This document shows, one piece after another, positions 1 through 14,171 of a stretch of 64,000 bases of DNA (position 1 is the stretch's first letter; every line of letters starts with the position of its first letter). The position numbers and the translations under genes are program-made. Origin of the DNA: Nageia nagi (Eukaryota; Plantae; Pinophyta); assembly GCA_050084985.1 (NCBI GenBank), contig JBITNC010000001.1:17608001-17672000 (forward strand), given 5' to 3'. The notes beneath the pieces were generated by a model. It searched no databases, was not told where the DNA came from, and was given only the letters and a program-made list of their open reading frames with translations.

Positions 1-299
1 TGCTTCTTATCTTCTCACTAGTGAATGCGCTTCACCCCTAATGTTGATGTGCAATGCTTTAGTTTGGTATGTCACCTTTTGCTGACAACAATCTCTTTGA
101 TTATGTTAGACTATTATGGTAATATAAAGAGATATTTTGCTTAATTATCCAATAGGTGGCACAAGTGGTGCAAGGCTTGGTTGGATTCTTATATTAATAA
201 AGTGCTTGGGTTTTGTAGGTATCTCCTTATTGTTGACTCTTATAATTTACAAAATGTGAATATTATATATCCTAAGTGCTGCTATGAGATCCTCTAGGA

Positions 300-1300
300 G
301 AGTAAGGAACTACATCTCAATCCTTTTAGAAATAATTAAAGAAGTAAGGGACGTATTGGAGATTAGGGGATTTCTACATTTTTTTAAAGAAATTTGAAGG
401 CTATGAGTTAGGACTTTCTTGTCAATTCATCACTAGCTAGAAGGATGAAAAAGTAATGAATGTTAAGGTTATGTTTCAAGTGAATCAACTTTATTGGTTG
501 AATTCACTTGCTTCAAAATGACAAGTAAGATTATTCGAAGAGATAACTACAATATGAAGTTAGAATAATTGAAATTGTGTAAGGAAGAGATGGAATTGTT
601 GAGAGATAATATAAGAGCAAATTAGACTCCTTGCACAAGCTATGGCCAAGAGTTGCGTTGGTAATATCATGCAATATATTACCCTTGAATTATTAGAAAA
701 TTGGGTGAGGATTTTCCACTTTGGATTCCTTATTCACCTTTAGAAGTCTAAGATAAATGTCTTGGTGTTTCTCTATGGGGAGTTGGATAAGGTTGCATAA
801 GACATGCAAAAAGGGATATGCAATGGGTCGACTCATCAAGGTTTGATTCCAATGATCTTTAAACATATGACTTAGAAAATGGGGATGGAGTAGAAGTTTG
901 ACTAGAATTCACCAAGGTGTCTTCTTCTAGTAGCGGAAAATGAAGAGATAGAAAAGAAAGAGTTGTTATTGGGGGACAAGAAGAAGAAAGTTAAGGTTGA
1001 AGACTAGGAATGGCGCCCAAGTGAGATTGTGGATCATTACAACACATGCAAGGAGCATAGAGGATCAATCTATGTGGAGGATTCTTGCATTGGAGATAGA
1101 AATGAAAGAGAAATCCAATAAGGAGAAAATAATATCTTTTGTATCTTATATATATAATATTAGGATTCCCTTAAAAATCCATCTTCCAAAAATGAGAAAT
1201 GAAAGAGAAATCCAACAAGGAGAAAAAAATATTTTGGAAGGGGTGAAAACTAAGAAAAATTCCATGTATTAGCAAAATGGAAAAATCCAACTAAGAAAAA
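300..1300 (+). mobile_element. Possible highly degraded L1-type LINE ORF1 (DUF4283-like) relic
   Basis: Fragmentary motif FPLWI..PLEV*D near 713-755 followed by a Lys/Glu-rich tail; many stops. Confidence 0.3.
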
Positions 1301-2089
1301 ATAGAGAACCTATTACAATTTTGGCATAATAAATTTGCTAAAAAATCTAGGTGAAGAATTAGGAAGAGGACCACTTCTTAAATAAAAGTGAGATATGGAA
1401 GTTACTAAGTAACTTCCATATTCTAACTTTACCAAATTTCATGCATATGTCCATGAGTGGAATATCAAATCAAGGAGGAGACAATCGCAAAAAAATAATT
1501 AATAAAGGTGAATTATATTCATCCAAACCTCACTTACCGTAAGCAAAGGTTGGATAATTCTAACAAGATTCAAGAAAAATTCCCCATCCCAACCTAGCCA
1601 TCTTTCCTCATAGAGATGTTGTGGCCCTCAAATAGAAGATCATCCTTACTTTAAGGAACTTACTAGTAATGGAGCCAATATAGGTTGAGGCACTCTTAAT
1701 ATAGAACCTACAGGTTGGTTAGGAGACCCATCATATTGAGATCCATAACTTTTTTATGATATAGTTGTTATAACTTAATTAAATAATAGATTATTCCATT
1801 TTTTATTTATGGTTATTTGGTTTTATTAGCCTTGGGCCTTTTTATAGACTTAGAATGCGATTTTCTATCCATCATCTTAGTTTTTATGACCAAGTGTATA
1901 CATTTTATTTTATTAAAATAAAGGAAATGCACTTTATGGATATGAAGTTTGGGATAGAAGTATTTCTTGACAAACTTGTAATAAAATTGAGTAAATTCAA
2001 AAATAATTTATCCTTTATAATTTCAAAATTAAGAATATTATGACATGTCCTATACTTCTCATGGAAGCTAGGTTGGTACCCATTGAAAG

Positions 2090-5000
2090 TGAGCCCTTTA
2101 GAATAATAATACATTAGTAAAATCAATAAATAATATATTAGTATTATTACTAATGTATAATTATTAATTAAGATTGCTTAATTAATTAGTTCTAAGGTGG
2201 GTTCTATACGAAAACTCTTAAATGTATACAAACCTACTTTTCTCATTAATGAATTTTCTCTTTTTCACTCTCTAATTTTTGATATGGTATAGAATATTTG
2301 GAAGAATTTCTACCCTCTCTTAATCTTCCCTTGTTTTGGATGATTGTATAATTTCTATAGATCCTTTCTTTCTTTGCATCAAACCTACCCTTGCTTGGGA
2401 TGGTTAGAGAAGAGAACCAAAGAAATTTCTAATTTATGTTTTCTATGCATAAAATTTACCTTACTTTGAATCATTGTTGTATTGAAAAACATATAAAATC
2501 TAAGTTTTTTTTTTTCGCAAAGGAGTGCCAAAACCCTTGCAAAACTAGATTTTTTATGCAACCATAATGGTAAATAGAAAAGCCTTCCCTACTTAAGATT
2601 GCTATTCATTCTTCATTAAACCTATGAAGAATACTAACCATGGTGGTGTGTTGAAGATAGAAGTTCTCATTGCTATTGAGATATGTGAAGGAGATACAAA
2701 CTTGCTAACATAGATAGCCCAAATTGATACATAGAGTAGAGTTTAAACTCTAGAGGAAACCATATGTTGTGAATAAGCAGACTTAAAGGAGGTGTCCAAC
2801 ATCCAGAGTTGATCATGTTGTGACCCTATTTCATAGAGTGCCCCATGTTCAAATCCCACTAAGAGTGATACAATGTACTCCCAATAGTTGTCCCATAGAT
2901 CGCTCTTGATATCTTGAGAATGTTAATAAAATTTCTTTCTTTCTTTCTTAAGCTGCTAAGAATTTACGCCCAACTACCCACTTAATGGTTGTCTACACCC
3001 ACAAAAATCAAAGCACATATTGTGTGTGATAATACAAAAAGTAGAAGAAATATGCATACTTGACAAGACACTTACTAGCATATCACCATTAAAAAAAGTT
3101 AGCACGTGGAAATAAAACAAAGTAAGCGATTTAATTTTCTAATATCTCAAAGTTTTGATTAAAAAATTTTCTTTCAAAAATATTTGACATATTTCCAACA
3201 AGATGAGAAAACACATGCCAACTAAGCATAGCAAAACACTCCACAAGTATATTGTTCTAAAATTTTGTTATAAAATATTTTCCCAAAATATTGCACCATT
3301 TGAAGTCTTTTTAACAGTTGCCCTTCCTCTAAATTAATATATAAAGTCTTATTTTTGAAAAGATCTTTACCACCCAAAGAAATATATAATTCAAATATTT
3401 GTTTTTGAAGGTGAATGAAGAATTTTACCTCATAAAATATTATTAGATCAAGAGCTCTTGGTACGTTGGTGAAGGCTCTAAATTTGAAGATTAAAGGTCT
3501 TGAGTTCAGATCTCCATAAAAATATACTTTTGACATGTGCCTTATTATTTTTAAGCATTTGATTAAAAATTGAAGATATTAAATTTTCTTCCAAAGAATA
3601 AATTAATAGCTTAGAGATTAAAGACATTTGAAGGCAACATTAAAGGTAAAGATAATTTTTTCTTTCAAACTTTGAAGAGAGTAAATTGGCCCTATTTGTC
3701 TCCAAGATACTATTGCTCGATTAAAGTTTTGAAGGATAACAATCATGTAGTTTAGAAGACCAAGATACAAACAATATTGGAGTTTGAAGAATCATGAGAG
3801 ATTATCATTAGAAGTGAAACTCATCCAACAACATCTAGTGAAGAATAAATAATGTTTGATCAAAGAAACATGAAAGCTCAAATGATAATCTTACTTGGCA
3901 TTTTAGATGATGTTCAACCCCATGTACGCAACTCCAAATATGCTACCAAATCATGGAGGAAGTTACAACAAGTGTTTGTATCCAAGAATAAAAATCATAT
4001 TCTACATTTGAAAAGACAATTACACACATTGAAATTGAAAAGTGATGAAAAACTTGAGTCCTTTCTTCGTAGAGTTGCAGGCCTCTGCACCTCCCTATTG
4101 GTATTAGAAGATATGGTAGAAGGTAAGCTCCTTGTACTCATTTTATTGAGAGAGCTCTTAGAGACATATCCTATGTTTGTGACAACACTAAACATCTTAA
4201 ATCAAACACTTGAATTTGAAGAGTTAGTAAATATCTTGCAAATGATAAGCAGAAGATGAGTTGTTTAATTTATGGGAAGAAAGGGAATGAATTGTAGGAT
4301 TGTTGGTACAATTCTTTTACTCAAGGTTCTTTGAGCAAGAAGAATAAAAATAAAAATACCAAAATCCTAAGAATGAGGAGTGGATAAATTGAATACCACC
4401 CCAATGAAGACATCAATAAGGCAATGTTGCTAATTATGCTACAAAAGAAGAGGAGAATACTCAAGATTGCTTTTATTCATCAAGAAAAACCATCAATTAC
4501 ATCCACTTGGTATGTTGATTCTAGTGCTTCCAAGCACATGACTAGATGAAAGGATTATGTTTTTCTTAGATGAAAAATCATATAATGTTAAAGTATATTT
4601 GGATGATGACATACCTTATGACATTGAAGGCAAGGGATATGTTCAAGTTTGTCTGATAAAGGAGGTCATGTATATGCCAAGTCTAAAAAAGAACATCTTA
4701 TCTATAAGTTAGATGCTAGATAACAATATAAAGGTGGAGTTTGATAATATGAAAGATGAGAAGTGTTGTTTCATTATATATAAATCCATAAATTATAAAA
4801 TTATGATGAAAGCTATAAAAGTGGGGAAGATTTTTATGCTTGATGTCTTGTCTTCCAAAAATTAGGCATTTAATGTTCATTTGATAGATGTTACCTCTCT
4901 ATGGCATCGATGATTCAACCACATGAATCCTAAATACCTAATAACTCAACAAAAGAGGAATATGCTACATTTTATCTCATTTATTACTTCTCATACTAAT

Positions 5001-6345
5001 GTTTGTTCTAATTGCATAGAAGGGAAACAACATAGAATTCCATTGAGACTAGAAAACATTATGCTATAGGACCTCTTGATGTGATTCATACCAATCTGTG
5101 TAGACCCATAAAAGCTATTCACACTGGCTTATACTACTTCATGCTATTTGTTGATGACTATTCTAGAAATATGTGGGTGTATTTCTTGAATACAAAGGAT
5201 GAAACCTTCCAATTTTTCAAGGAGTTCAAAACTCAAGTGGAGACTGCCACTAGTCATCATATCCATGTTCTTCACTCAGATTAAGGTGGAGAACATTTAT
5301 CATATCCATGTTCAAAACACAATAAAATGAAGTTTGTAAAAGGATAAATCAAATTGTAATTGAAATGATAAGATGTATATTGAAAGATGTAAAGATAAAT
5401 GTAGAATTTTGGGAAAAAATAATAAAAATTACATTATATCTGCTAAACAAAGCACCTATAAAAGCTCTTGAGGTGATGAGTGCTAAAGAAACATAGACAA
5501 GAGTGAAACCAATATTTCTCATCTTTGAGTATTTGGTTGCACTACCTACATGCACATGCCTAAAGAGAAAAGAGAGAATTTGGATGACAAGTCCATGAGG
5601 TGCATTGTTCTTAGGTATAGTAGTGAATCCAAAGGGTACAAACTCATGGATCCTACTAGTCAAAAATTTATATAATAAAAGATGTTATTTTTGATGAGAC
5701 TGATGATACTTCATCTAGTTCACCTGCAACACCATATGCTCCTAATAGTGGTCCCATTATTTCTTCTGATGATGATAGAAAAGTTTCAGTTGTGAACTTG
5801 CAACATGAGCCACCTAATAACTCCAAAAGATTGAAATGGTAGCAAAAAATACTACATGATTAATAATTGAGTGTTCCACTAGACGCTTCTACATCCAAAC
5901 CAAGGACATGAAGCATGGCTTATGAGGAATTGAACTTGGCATTGTTGAGTATAATGGTGAATACAACTAAACTTGAAATTATTTGTGAAGCCCTTCAATT
6001 ATCACATTAGAAATTAGCCATTGATGCTAAGTATGATGCATTGATGAAAAATGACACATGAAAGATGGTAGAACTTACACATGGTAATAAGGTATTGTAT
6101 GCAAATAGGTGATCAAAATAAAGTATAAGGTTGATGGAACACTTGTTAAGCATAAGGCTTGACTAGTTTCCAAAGGATATGCATAAGAGGAAGGTATAGA
6201 CTATGATGCAATATTTGCTCCTACAACTAAGACAAAGACCATCAAAATTAATGGATACATAATTTGGCTAGAAATTCCACCAGATGGATGTTAAGAGTGT
6301 CTTCTTCCTACACAAAGACTTAGAGGAGGAAGTCTACATGCAATA
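2090..6345 (+). mobile_element. Copia element J, 3'-truncated, same family as element A
   Basis: LTR-like segment (~2090-2284) resembling A's LTR, then degenerate PBS tggtatagaat at 2285. Gag 3700-4260; protease WYVDSSASKHMT ~4508; pre-integrase LWHR ~4900; integrase IHTNLCRP..FVDDYSR..VLHSD*GGE 5081-5295; RT N-half up to EEVYMQ ~6345. The 5700-6340 segment matches 31441-32100. Confidence 0.85.
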
Positions 6346-6351
6346 AAAAAT

Positions 6352-8480
6352 TGTTGGTTCTCCTAATCATGGGACCAATGGAATCATGAATTTGTTTCAA
6401 ATGAAATATCTAATTGAATGACATAGAATGAAAGAAATTTTAGATTATGTTCACTTAAAATGTAAATTGTAGATTGGAAATGATCTAAAAGTGGTCCAAG
6501 AACTTAAAAAAAAATTCAAAAAGTTTTCCTACAATTTGAAAATTTTCAAGGAAAGGGCATAAAAGAATCTAAATCACTCAAGAAAGTTCCAAAAGATCAA
6601 ATCCACAATCCCAAAAATGACAAATCACTTTGTTTTCAAAAGTTCACCACTTTGCAGTAATTTGATCAAAATATTACAAGAATTTGTTTTGAATGAAATC
6701 ATGAATTTGTTTCGAATGAAATATCTAATTGGATGACATAGAATGAAAGAAATTTTAGATTACATTCACTTAACATGTAAATTGTAGATTGACAATGATC
6801 TAAAAGTGGTCCAAGAACTTAAAAAAAAAAATAAATTTTTTTTCCTAAAATTTGAAACTTTTCAAGGAAATGAGACCCCATAGGTCTATTTACAGACTTT
6901 TTCTTGGAAAACCTAATTTTTAATTTTGCAAAAATTAAATACTAATTAAATGCTAAATTAAGATTACAATTTAGTTTAATGGGAGAAAAATACTCATCCC
7001 ATATTTGGTTTTTTTAAAATAAACTATTTCCAAAAATTTGAGCCTTTTGCAATGAATCTTGAGGTGTTTTGCATCAATTTGGCAAAATTTGGAGCTTCAA
7101 ATCATCATTTTGGGTTCATTTGCCAATTTTGAGCTCGTTCTTTCTTTCAATATGGATTCACCCTTCATGTGAACATCTTGAGAAGATTTTAAGCAATTGT
7201 GAGAAAAGATTTCAAAAATAGTGAATTTTTGGTCTATTTTCTCGAAAAATGGAGGGAGGGGGCGATTTTGGAATTTTTTTAAAAAGTGATTTTGAGGCCA
7301 TGGATGGGTGAGGAGTGGATCAAGAAGGAATTTTCTAAGATTTTAGAGAATTTGGGGTTTTCAAAACATGTTTTGACCATGGGTGGCCATTTTCCTTGCT
7401 TGGGAAAGATTTTTGCTCTTTGAACATGCATCAAAAGGGAGTAAAGGGATACAAACTATGCCTAGGGAAAATTTGCATGATTTTTCCATTTTTTGAAAGT
7501 TTATAAGGCCAATGTGATAGTTAATTTATGCTCCATCCTTTCATGTGTTTGAATTTTGGTTTTGAAAAATGGTCAAAATGACTCATTTCACACTAGGCAA
7601 TGGGGGTTTTTGGTCTTTGGATGATGAGTAAAGCTAGAAAATGTGTGCCTAGGTGGAAGAGGATCTTTTTTAGTGCAATTGTAAAACTACAAAGTTTAAA
7701 ATTATATGTTTTTTCATTCTCCACAATACCCATGAGCTCAAAATTTGATCTCCCAAAGTTCAAACTTAACCTTTTATCACAATTTTCATTGATTTTCTTC
7801 AAAAATGGGATTAAAGCCCCAAAAGTGTGCCTACTCCTCCTTTGTCTAATTTTGATGTACTTCCTTGAACAAAATTACTTGTAATTGCACCCTCCACATT
7901 ATCATGTACTTAAATCACACTTTAATTTTTTTTTTAATCAAAATGAGGTCTATGCATGCTAGGTGCATGTTTTCTCTCTTTAAGCCTTCAAACCCCTCAT
8001 AAAGTGCTCATAGTATTTATATGCTCAATTTTTCTCCTTTTCAAAAAATTGCAAGTTTAAATATCCTTCATTTGATATCCCCTTAATACCCATGTGCCCA
8101 AATTTTAATTTTTCAAACTTCAAAATTTGATACAAACCTTGCTAGGCACACATTTTCTCTCTTTAGGGGGGCCAAACATAAAAAAACTATGCCTACTTGT
8201 GGATTGCTCAACTTTGGTACAAAGTGGAATGTCCAAAGATTAAACTTGTCTATTTGTGTACCCTTCAAATACCTATATGCCACATTTTGCCTTTTTCAAA
8301 CTCCAAGGAGTGTGGAGTCCCAAACTTGGCCTTTCATTTAGGTCTCAAAGTGAATAAAGCTAGAAAAAGTACACCTACTCACAAAGTCTTTAATTTTCTC
8401 ATTTTGATGCACTTCCTTGATCAAAGGTGCATGATTTTACTTGCTCCTTATTACCCATATTTCACTTTTTTGATAAAATA
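6352..8480. mobile_element. Large AT-rich LTR-like sequence, probably Gypsy, with an internal duplication
   Basis: Interrupts the RT of element J; ~170-bp direct duplication 6381-6554 / 6696-6870; noncoding, LTR-like composition; ends not resolved. Confidence 0.45.
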
Positions 8481-8499
8481 ACTTAACCTTGATAATATT

Positions 8500-10050
8500 A
8501 ATAAAGACCAAGATATTGAGATTAGTAGGGCATTGTTTTACAAGGTCATCACAATGTCTAGCTAAGAAGATAAAGTTGTTTGCATAAAGAAGAAGAACAA
8601 TAACAAGGTTGCAAAGGTTAGTGCTTATGCATCCAACTTATTTGAGATAATTTTCTAGTTGGTCTATGTAAATACTAAATAAAGTTGAGGCTACATGATA
8701 ACCTTGTTTAACTCCAATATTGCAACTAATTTCCTCAGACCATCCTTTACTAGTTTTGAGTTTGGTTGTAACTTGTTCATAGAGGGCCTATAAACAAAAA
8801 AATCTTAACTCAAAAGGTAAATTTCATTTATCCATATACTCTAAAAGTTTTCTCGTAAGAATAGTATCATTTTTTTTAAAATCTACAAAATAGATAAATA
8901 ACTCGTATTTAGCATTTCAACAATCTTCACCAATAATTTAAAAAGTGAGGATGTGATCAATTGTAGAAAGTTTGTGTCTAGCTTGGCCTTTAGCTCTTAA
9001 ATTGTCATCATTACACTAATTGTTAATTTTATTTTCTATAATATTATGAAAGAGTTTGGAAAGTAAATGAATTATCATATAGTTCTATATTTCAATGAGT
9101 TTCTTTTGTCCCTAGATTTATAAATAGGAACAATAGGTTTATTGCTTAAGGAAGCTTTCTTTAAGAGATGCATTGAAAGGTATGAATCAAATGAGGAGCA
9201 AGGATAAAGCTACCAATTTTTAGAAATTTTGCATGATATCCTTGTATATCTTTGGCATTCCCATTTGATAACCTTTAATCCCATCCTTAATGTCCTCCAA
9301 AGAGAAAACATTATTTTGGGTTAAAGGAGGAGATAAATCTTCCATAGTTATCCATATGTAAAAGGGAAATGTAGAGTTTTTAAATATAAAATTTCCAATT
9401 ATTAAGTCAAATTGAGGTTCAAATATCATTTCTCTAGATAAAATTAGTTTCCAAAATTGTTTTGGATTACATTTACATAGATCTAAAAGTTTTTCTTTTT
9501 ATTGATCTACAAATGCTTTATATATATATAAATTAGGTTTTATATTCTTTTATTTTATGTTTTTTATACAAATTATTTAGAAAAATATTAATATTTTTCT
9601 TAGCATCTTACAATCCTTGTTATAACATTCTATTATTACAGGTTGTAGACTTTTGATAAGAGTGATTATTGATGTAGACAAATAGTTTTTAAGTGAATTT
9701 ATTATATAAATAAGATATGGAGGACAAAGTTTTAGGATAAGGGTTAAAATAATATTGAACATCTTTATGAAAGGCAATAAGTTCATTATGATTGAAAACA
9801 ATATTTTAGTTTTAACCTTATCACCAAAAGGGTTGATTTCATGTGTTAGATATATTTTAAGTGTAAAGATATGAGGTCGATGATTAGAGTTAGGTTCATA
9901 ATCAAATTGAGAGAGAATATAGCAATATAGATTATGAAAATTTACAAGAAGGGTTACATAAAACACTTATATAAAAGGTAAAGGATTAGAGGTTTGTTGG
10001 TTGATAACTTGCAACCTTAAATAGCAAATCCTACATATAATAAAATGATG
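8500..10050 (-). mobile_element. Degraded RTE/RTEX-like LINE (APE endonuclease C-terminus plus RT)
   Basis: Minus-strand remnants YEPNSNHRP (SDHRP-like), FSLEDIKDGIK and IGVKQG (~8700-8720). Confidence 0.7.
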
Positions 10051-10059
10051 ATGTTGGAG

Positions 10060-10600
10060 ATAATTATAAAGATGTTAACCCAAAAGATAATTTTGAGATG
10101 ATTCTAAAAATAATTCTATCTCGGATGATGCTAAAACTAAAATGCAATATTTTGGAATGACTTGGATCAACTACAAGGGTTGTCAATCTTGAGACTAGAG
10201 TGTCCATGATTTAGGCTTGAATTTCATAATGTTAGGTGTTCTAGCTTGAACAATTGTTTCATCCATCACTTTTGCTACCTTAGCCTCTTAGATGATCTTA
10301 ATTATAATTTTCATAATGATAATAATATTTTCCTTGTATTATCTTCAACAATGATAAATTTTGAAGGTTTAACATGATGTTTCTTTATGATTTTTTGATA
10401 TCTAAAATAAGCACTTAGGAGGGCCTTATAAAGGATTCATAAATTGAATTTTTAAGTTCACCAGGTGGATAAATTTAGAATAATGTACATAAAAAATAAT
10501 TGCAATTCAGAGAAATTCTCTTAAGTTAACCTTGATTTACCCATAGTAGAACCAAATTGATAGTTTACATTAATCAAATAAAATACTTAAATAAAGTCAT
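10060..10600. repeat. Dispersed repeat, homologous to 36890-37152 plus 44550-44780 (that copy is split by element D)
   Basis: taaaataagcactt...gtgga...tagaa(t/c)aatgt shared by 10403-10550 and 44591-44740. Confidence 0.6.
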
Positions 10601-10849
10601 TTCAAATAGCTAACATGTAAATTTAAGTATCTACAATCACAATGCTCAAGTGGCACCTCTTCTTAAAGTAAAGATGACCATAATAATGATACTAATGATA
10701 ATGTTTCAATCTAAAAGGTAAAAAAACACCACTAAAGGGGAGATAATTATTTAAGAACATTCATCTTTTCAAAATCTTGATTTAAATTTCAACTAGAAAG
10801 TTAATCAGAAGTTAAACAAAGGAGTAAATGAAATCATGAATAGAATTGA

Positions 10850-11330
10850 TAAGTTAAACATTGATGCAAAGGGTAATATTGAAATGTCCACTTTAAATTA
10901 ATGGTCAAGGAATACATGTAATATTCTTCATTTGAGAAAAATAACAATATGATTTGGAGGAATTCTATTAAGAGGATATCAACTTCATAGAAAATAATGC
11001 CACTTGACAACTTTGTGAATTGCCTAATAATAAAAGAGTTGTGAGAAGAAAATAAGTATTTAAGATTAAGCGCAAGAGTGATTAAATTATTGAAAAGTAT
11101 GAAGCTATACTAATAGCAAAAAGTATCGCATAAAAATAAAGCACTGATTATGAAGAGACCTTTGTGACTATGGTTGGGATGGAAACCATTCCATGATTCT
11201 ACCACAAAAACCCATATAAGGTAAAAGATTCATCTAATGGATGTGAAATCAACATTCTTACATGGATACATTAAATATGTTTATGTGATTGACTTAAAGA
11301 TTTTGAATTGAAAGGGAAAGAGGGATTTGT
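10850..11330 (+). mobile_element. Copia RT fragment
   Basis: T*QLCELPNNKRVV...DYEETF...MDVKSTFLHG remnants. Confidence 0.75.
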
Positions 11331-11699
11331 GAAAATGCCCAAACCCATGCTAAAAGAATACTATGTTTCTAGAAATATGCAATGTGTGGAAGTGGTAGAC
11401 TACATATGCTTTGGAAAAGGTGGTAATGTTGAGGTGCTTATATACAATTTAAACATAAACAAGTGGAATTGGTTTCCACCATGTACCTTGAAAAAATTAC
11501 ATGAATGTTATCCAAAGGTACAATCACCCTTGTGACTCAACATGTTTAATGGTTTTTTAGCCTTCCTTAATATTATACTAATAATTTCACATATGCTCCA
11601 ATTTGCTTAGTTTGGAACTTTGAGAAATATGATGGCAAACATATGTTTATGCTCACGAATAGATAGTTTGTTTTGTCAAGGTTGTAGGTATATTTAAAG

Positions 11700-12200
11700 T
11701 TAAAGGATCTAAATCTACATTTATATATTGTTGTTCTTTGGTTTTAAGTCCCCTCTTTTCAAGACAAAAGAGAGAACATAATATAACCAAAAACAAACTT
11801 GGCAATCTTATTATACAACTTAATTATATGAGAAACAATAATTCAAATGCTTAATTGATATATATTTACTTTTGGATGATATTTAATAGATCCTACAAAC
11901 CAAGGGGTTTAAAATGATGTTAAAAGACTTATAGATATAAAGAAAATTAAGATGTGTAATAAAATTGCCAAGCTTGTTTTGGTTATCTTGATTTAAGAAT
12001 TCATGGATCAAGTTGTAATTATAATTATCATTATATGTTTGTCTAATATCTTTGTAACATGGGACGATATGGAGAAAATGAGTCTCATCTTATATAGTAT
12101 GTAGGTTACAATGCTTACAAATTCTTTTATCCCATGGTATTTTAGGTATTGTACATATACCAATTTCACTATGCAATTCATGTGAATTAGTTCTTAACTA
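11700..12200. repeat. Dispersed non-coding repeat with internal ~43-bp inverted arms; further partial copies at 14170-14215, 34398-34525 and 36010-36370
   Basis: Arms 11783-11825 and 11945-11986 are near reverse complements; clear similarity to the other copies. Confidence 0.7.
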
Positions 12201-12759
12201 TGTAATCATAAGATTCTTTTGAGATTGATAATATTATGTGGGTAGATGGAAGTTCAAATTTTGGATTAGTAATATTTTCATAGTAGTCTAGTTTTCTTTT
12301 ATTTTTGATATTATCATCACTCTAATTTTTTTGAATTACTTTATTATATATGCCCCAAAAATCAAGCCACTTATTAGAGTCTTTTAGCCACCTTCTTTTA
12401 ATACGTTGATGGGCTAGGCAATTTTGTTGGGTGATTACAGGTAGCCTTTGATGATCTAATTTTGTTAGTTTATAGTTATCTAATATATGTTATCTAAGAG
12501 CTTCACTTTCAATAGGAAGTTAACTAGCTTCTCTGAGAAGGATAGGGTATGATGTGTTATTTATAATTTTGAAGTTATAATGAATGAATTATTTTTGAGT
12601 TTTTGTTTTTAATTTTATTATATGTTTGTAAGGAAATGCTTCCACCCCAAACTTTGTAACCATATAGTATTCTTGGAGGTACGAGGTAAGAGAAAATAGT
12701 TTAATTTTTTTTCCAATTCTAAAGTCTCAAATTTTTACACTTATTTTTGATACCATAAA

Positions 12760-13420
12760 ATGCTTTCCATCAAATAAAGATTCATTTTTCAAGATTTGGC
12801 TTTCAATTTAGTTTGTGATTGGTATTGATACCTAACTATTTGTAAGAGTTAATCACCTATAAGCATTGATTATTAAAGATAATTTTAGGGTGAAGCATTT
12901 TTTTAGATTTAATGATAAAAATTTTAGTTTTATCAAAATTAATTGTTAAATTAGATATATTACAAAATGCTTGAAGTATATTTAATTATTTTACAAGATC
13001 ATGATAATGTTTAGATAACATGACAATATTGTCTACAAAAGGCAAAAGAACAATAATGATTTTGTAAAGGTTGGAGCCTATGCACCTCACTACTTCTAGA
13101 TATTTTTCCATTTGATCTACAAAAATACTAACCATAGTTGAGATGTTGGGCATTCTTGTTTAACTCCAAGATTGCAATTAATTTCCCTAAACCATCCTTG
13201 ATTAGTTTTGAGTTTAGTGATAACATGCTCATAAAACATATAAATTGCAAATCTTAATTTCAAAGGTATTTCTATGTCAACCATATACTATAAAAGTTTA
13301 CCTCTAGGAACTTTACCATTTCAATAATTTTCAACAATAATTCAAAAAGTGAGTATGTGATCAATTGTTCAATATTTCCTTCTAAAATTGGCTTTACCTT
13401 TAGCTCTTGAATTCTTGATA
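12760..13420 (-). mobile_element. Degraded RTE/RTEX-like LINE RT fragment
   Basis: NCNLGVKQECP motif on the minus strand; 13100-13420 is homologous to 8640-9010. Confidence 0.7.
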
Positions 13421-13429
13421 AAATCATAG

Positions 13430-14109
13430 ATAGTTAGTTCTCAAAGTAAGGGTTTGGAGTGAGAGTGAGACCACACTCTTTATCAAAAGAGAAGGCAATG
13501 ATATATTTCTTATATTTTTGTATGTAGATGATTTGATCTACATTGAAAGCTCTCTTGCAATGATGATCAATGATAAAAAGTTTGAAATAAAGGACCTTAG
13601 ATTGATGAGCTATTTCTTGGGTATGGAAGTCCACCAAGATGAGAGTGAAATTTTTATCTTCTTGATTGCTCCATGATTGGATGTTGTATATTCAATGAAT
13701 TTAGTTTGCAACTTTATGGTTGATCCTTCTAAGCTCCAATTAAATGTAATGAAGTAGATGGATGAGTTATAATTGGTGAGGTAGTTTGAATGATTCAAAA
13801 TAAATTTCTAACAACTTGTTCTTACTTAGTTATGGTTTGATGAATTGAAGCTTAAGCAAACAATCCATTATGGAACTCTCTTCAATAAAGGAAAAGTATA
13901 TGAAAATTCATTTCATAAGAATATATAAAGTGTTTGAGGAATTGGAGTTTTGCAATACCACTAATTAGCTTGCAAATATTTTCACAAAGGGTGTGGAGAT
14001 AGAATAATTCCTCATGTTGTTGGGTAGATTGATGACCTTTGTAATGAAGGGGGATAATGAGTAGTTGATCACTTCATGTGAAAATTTGCATTTGTTTCTT
14101 GTTCAAAAG

Positions 14110-14110
<1 letters not shown>
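13430..14110 (+). mobile_element. Copia RT/RNaseH 3' fragment with PPT
   Basis: TLFIKREG..LYVDDLI ~13475-13545; YFLGMEVHQ; ANIFTKG ~13970; PPT aatgaaggggga ~14043-14054. Confidence 0.8.

Positions 14111-14112
<2 letters not shown>

Positions 14113-14168
<56 letters not shown>
14113..14168. repeat. (AT)28 microsatellite
   Basis: Read directly from the sequence. Confidence 0.98.
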
Positions 14169-14171
<3 letters not shown>

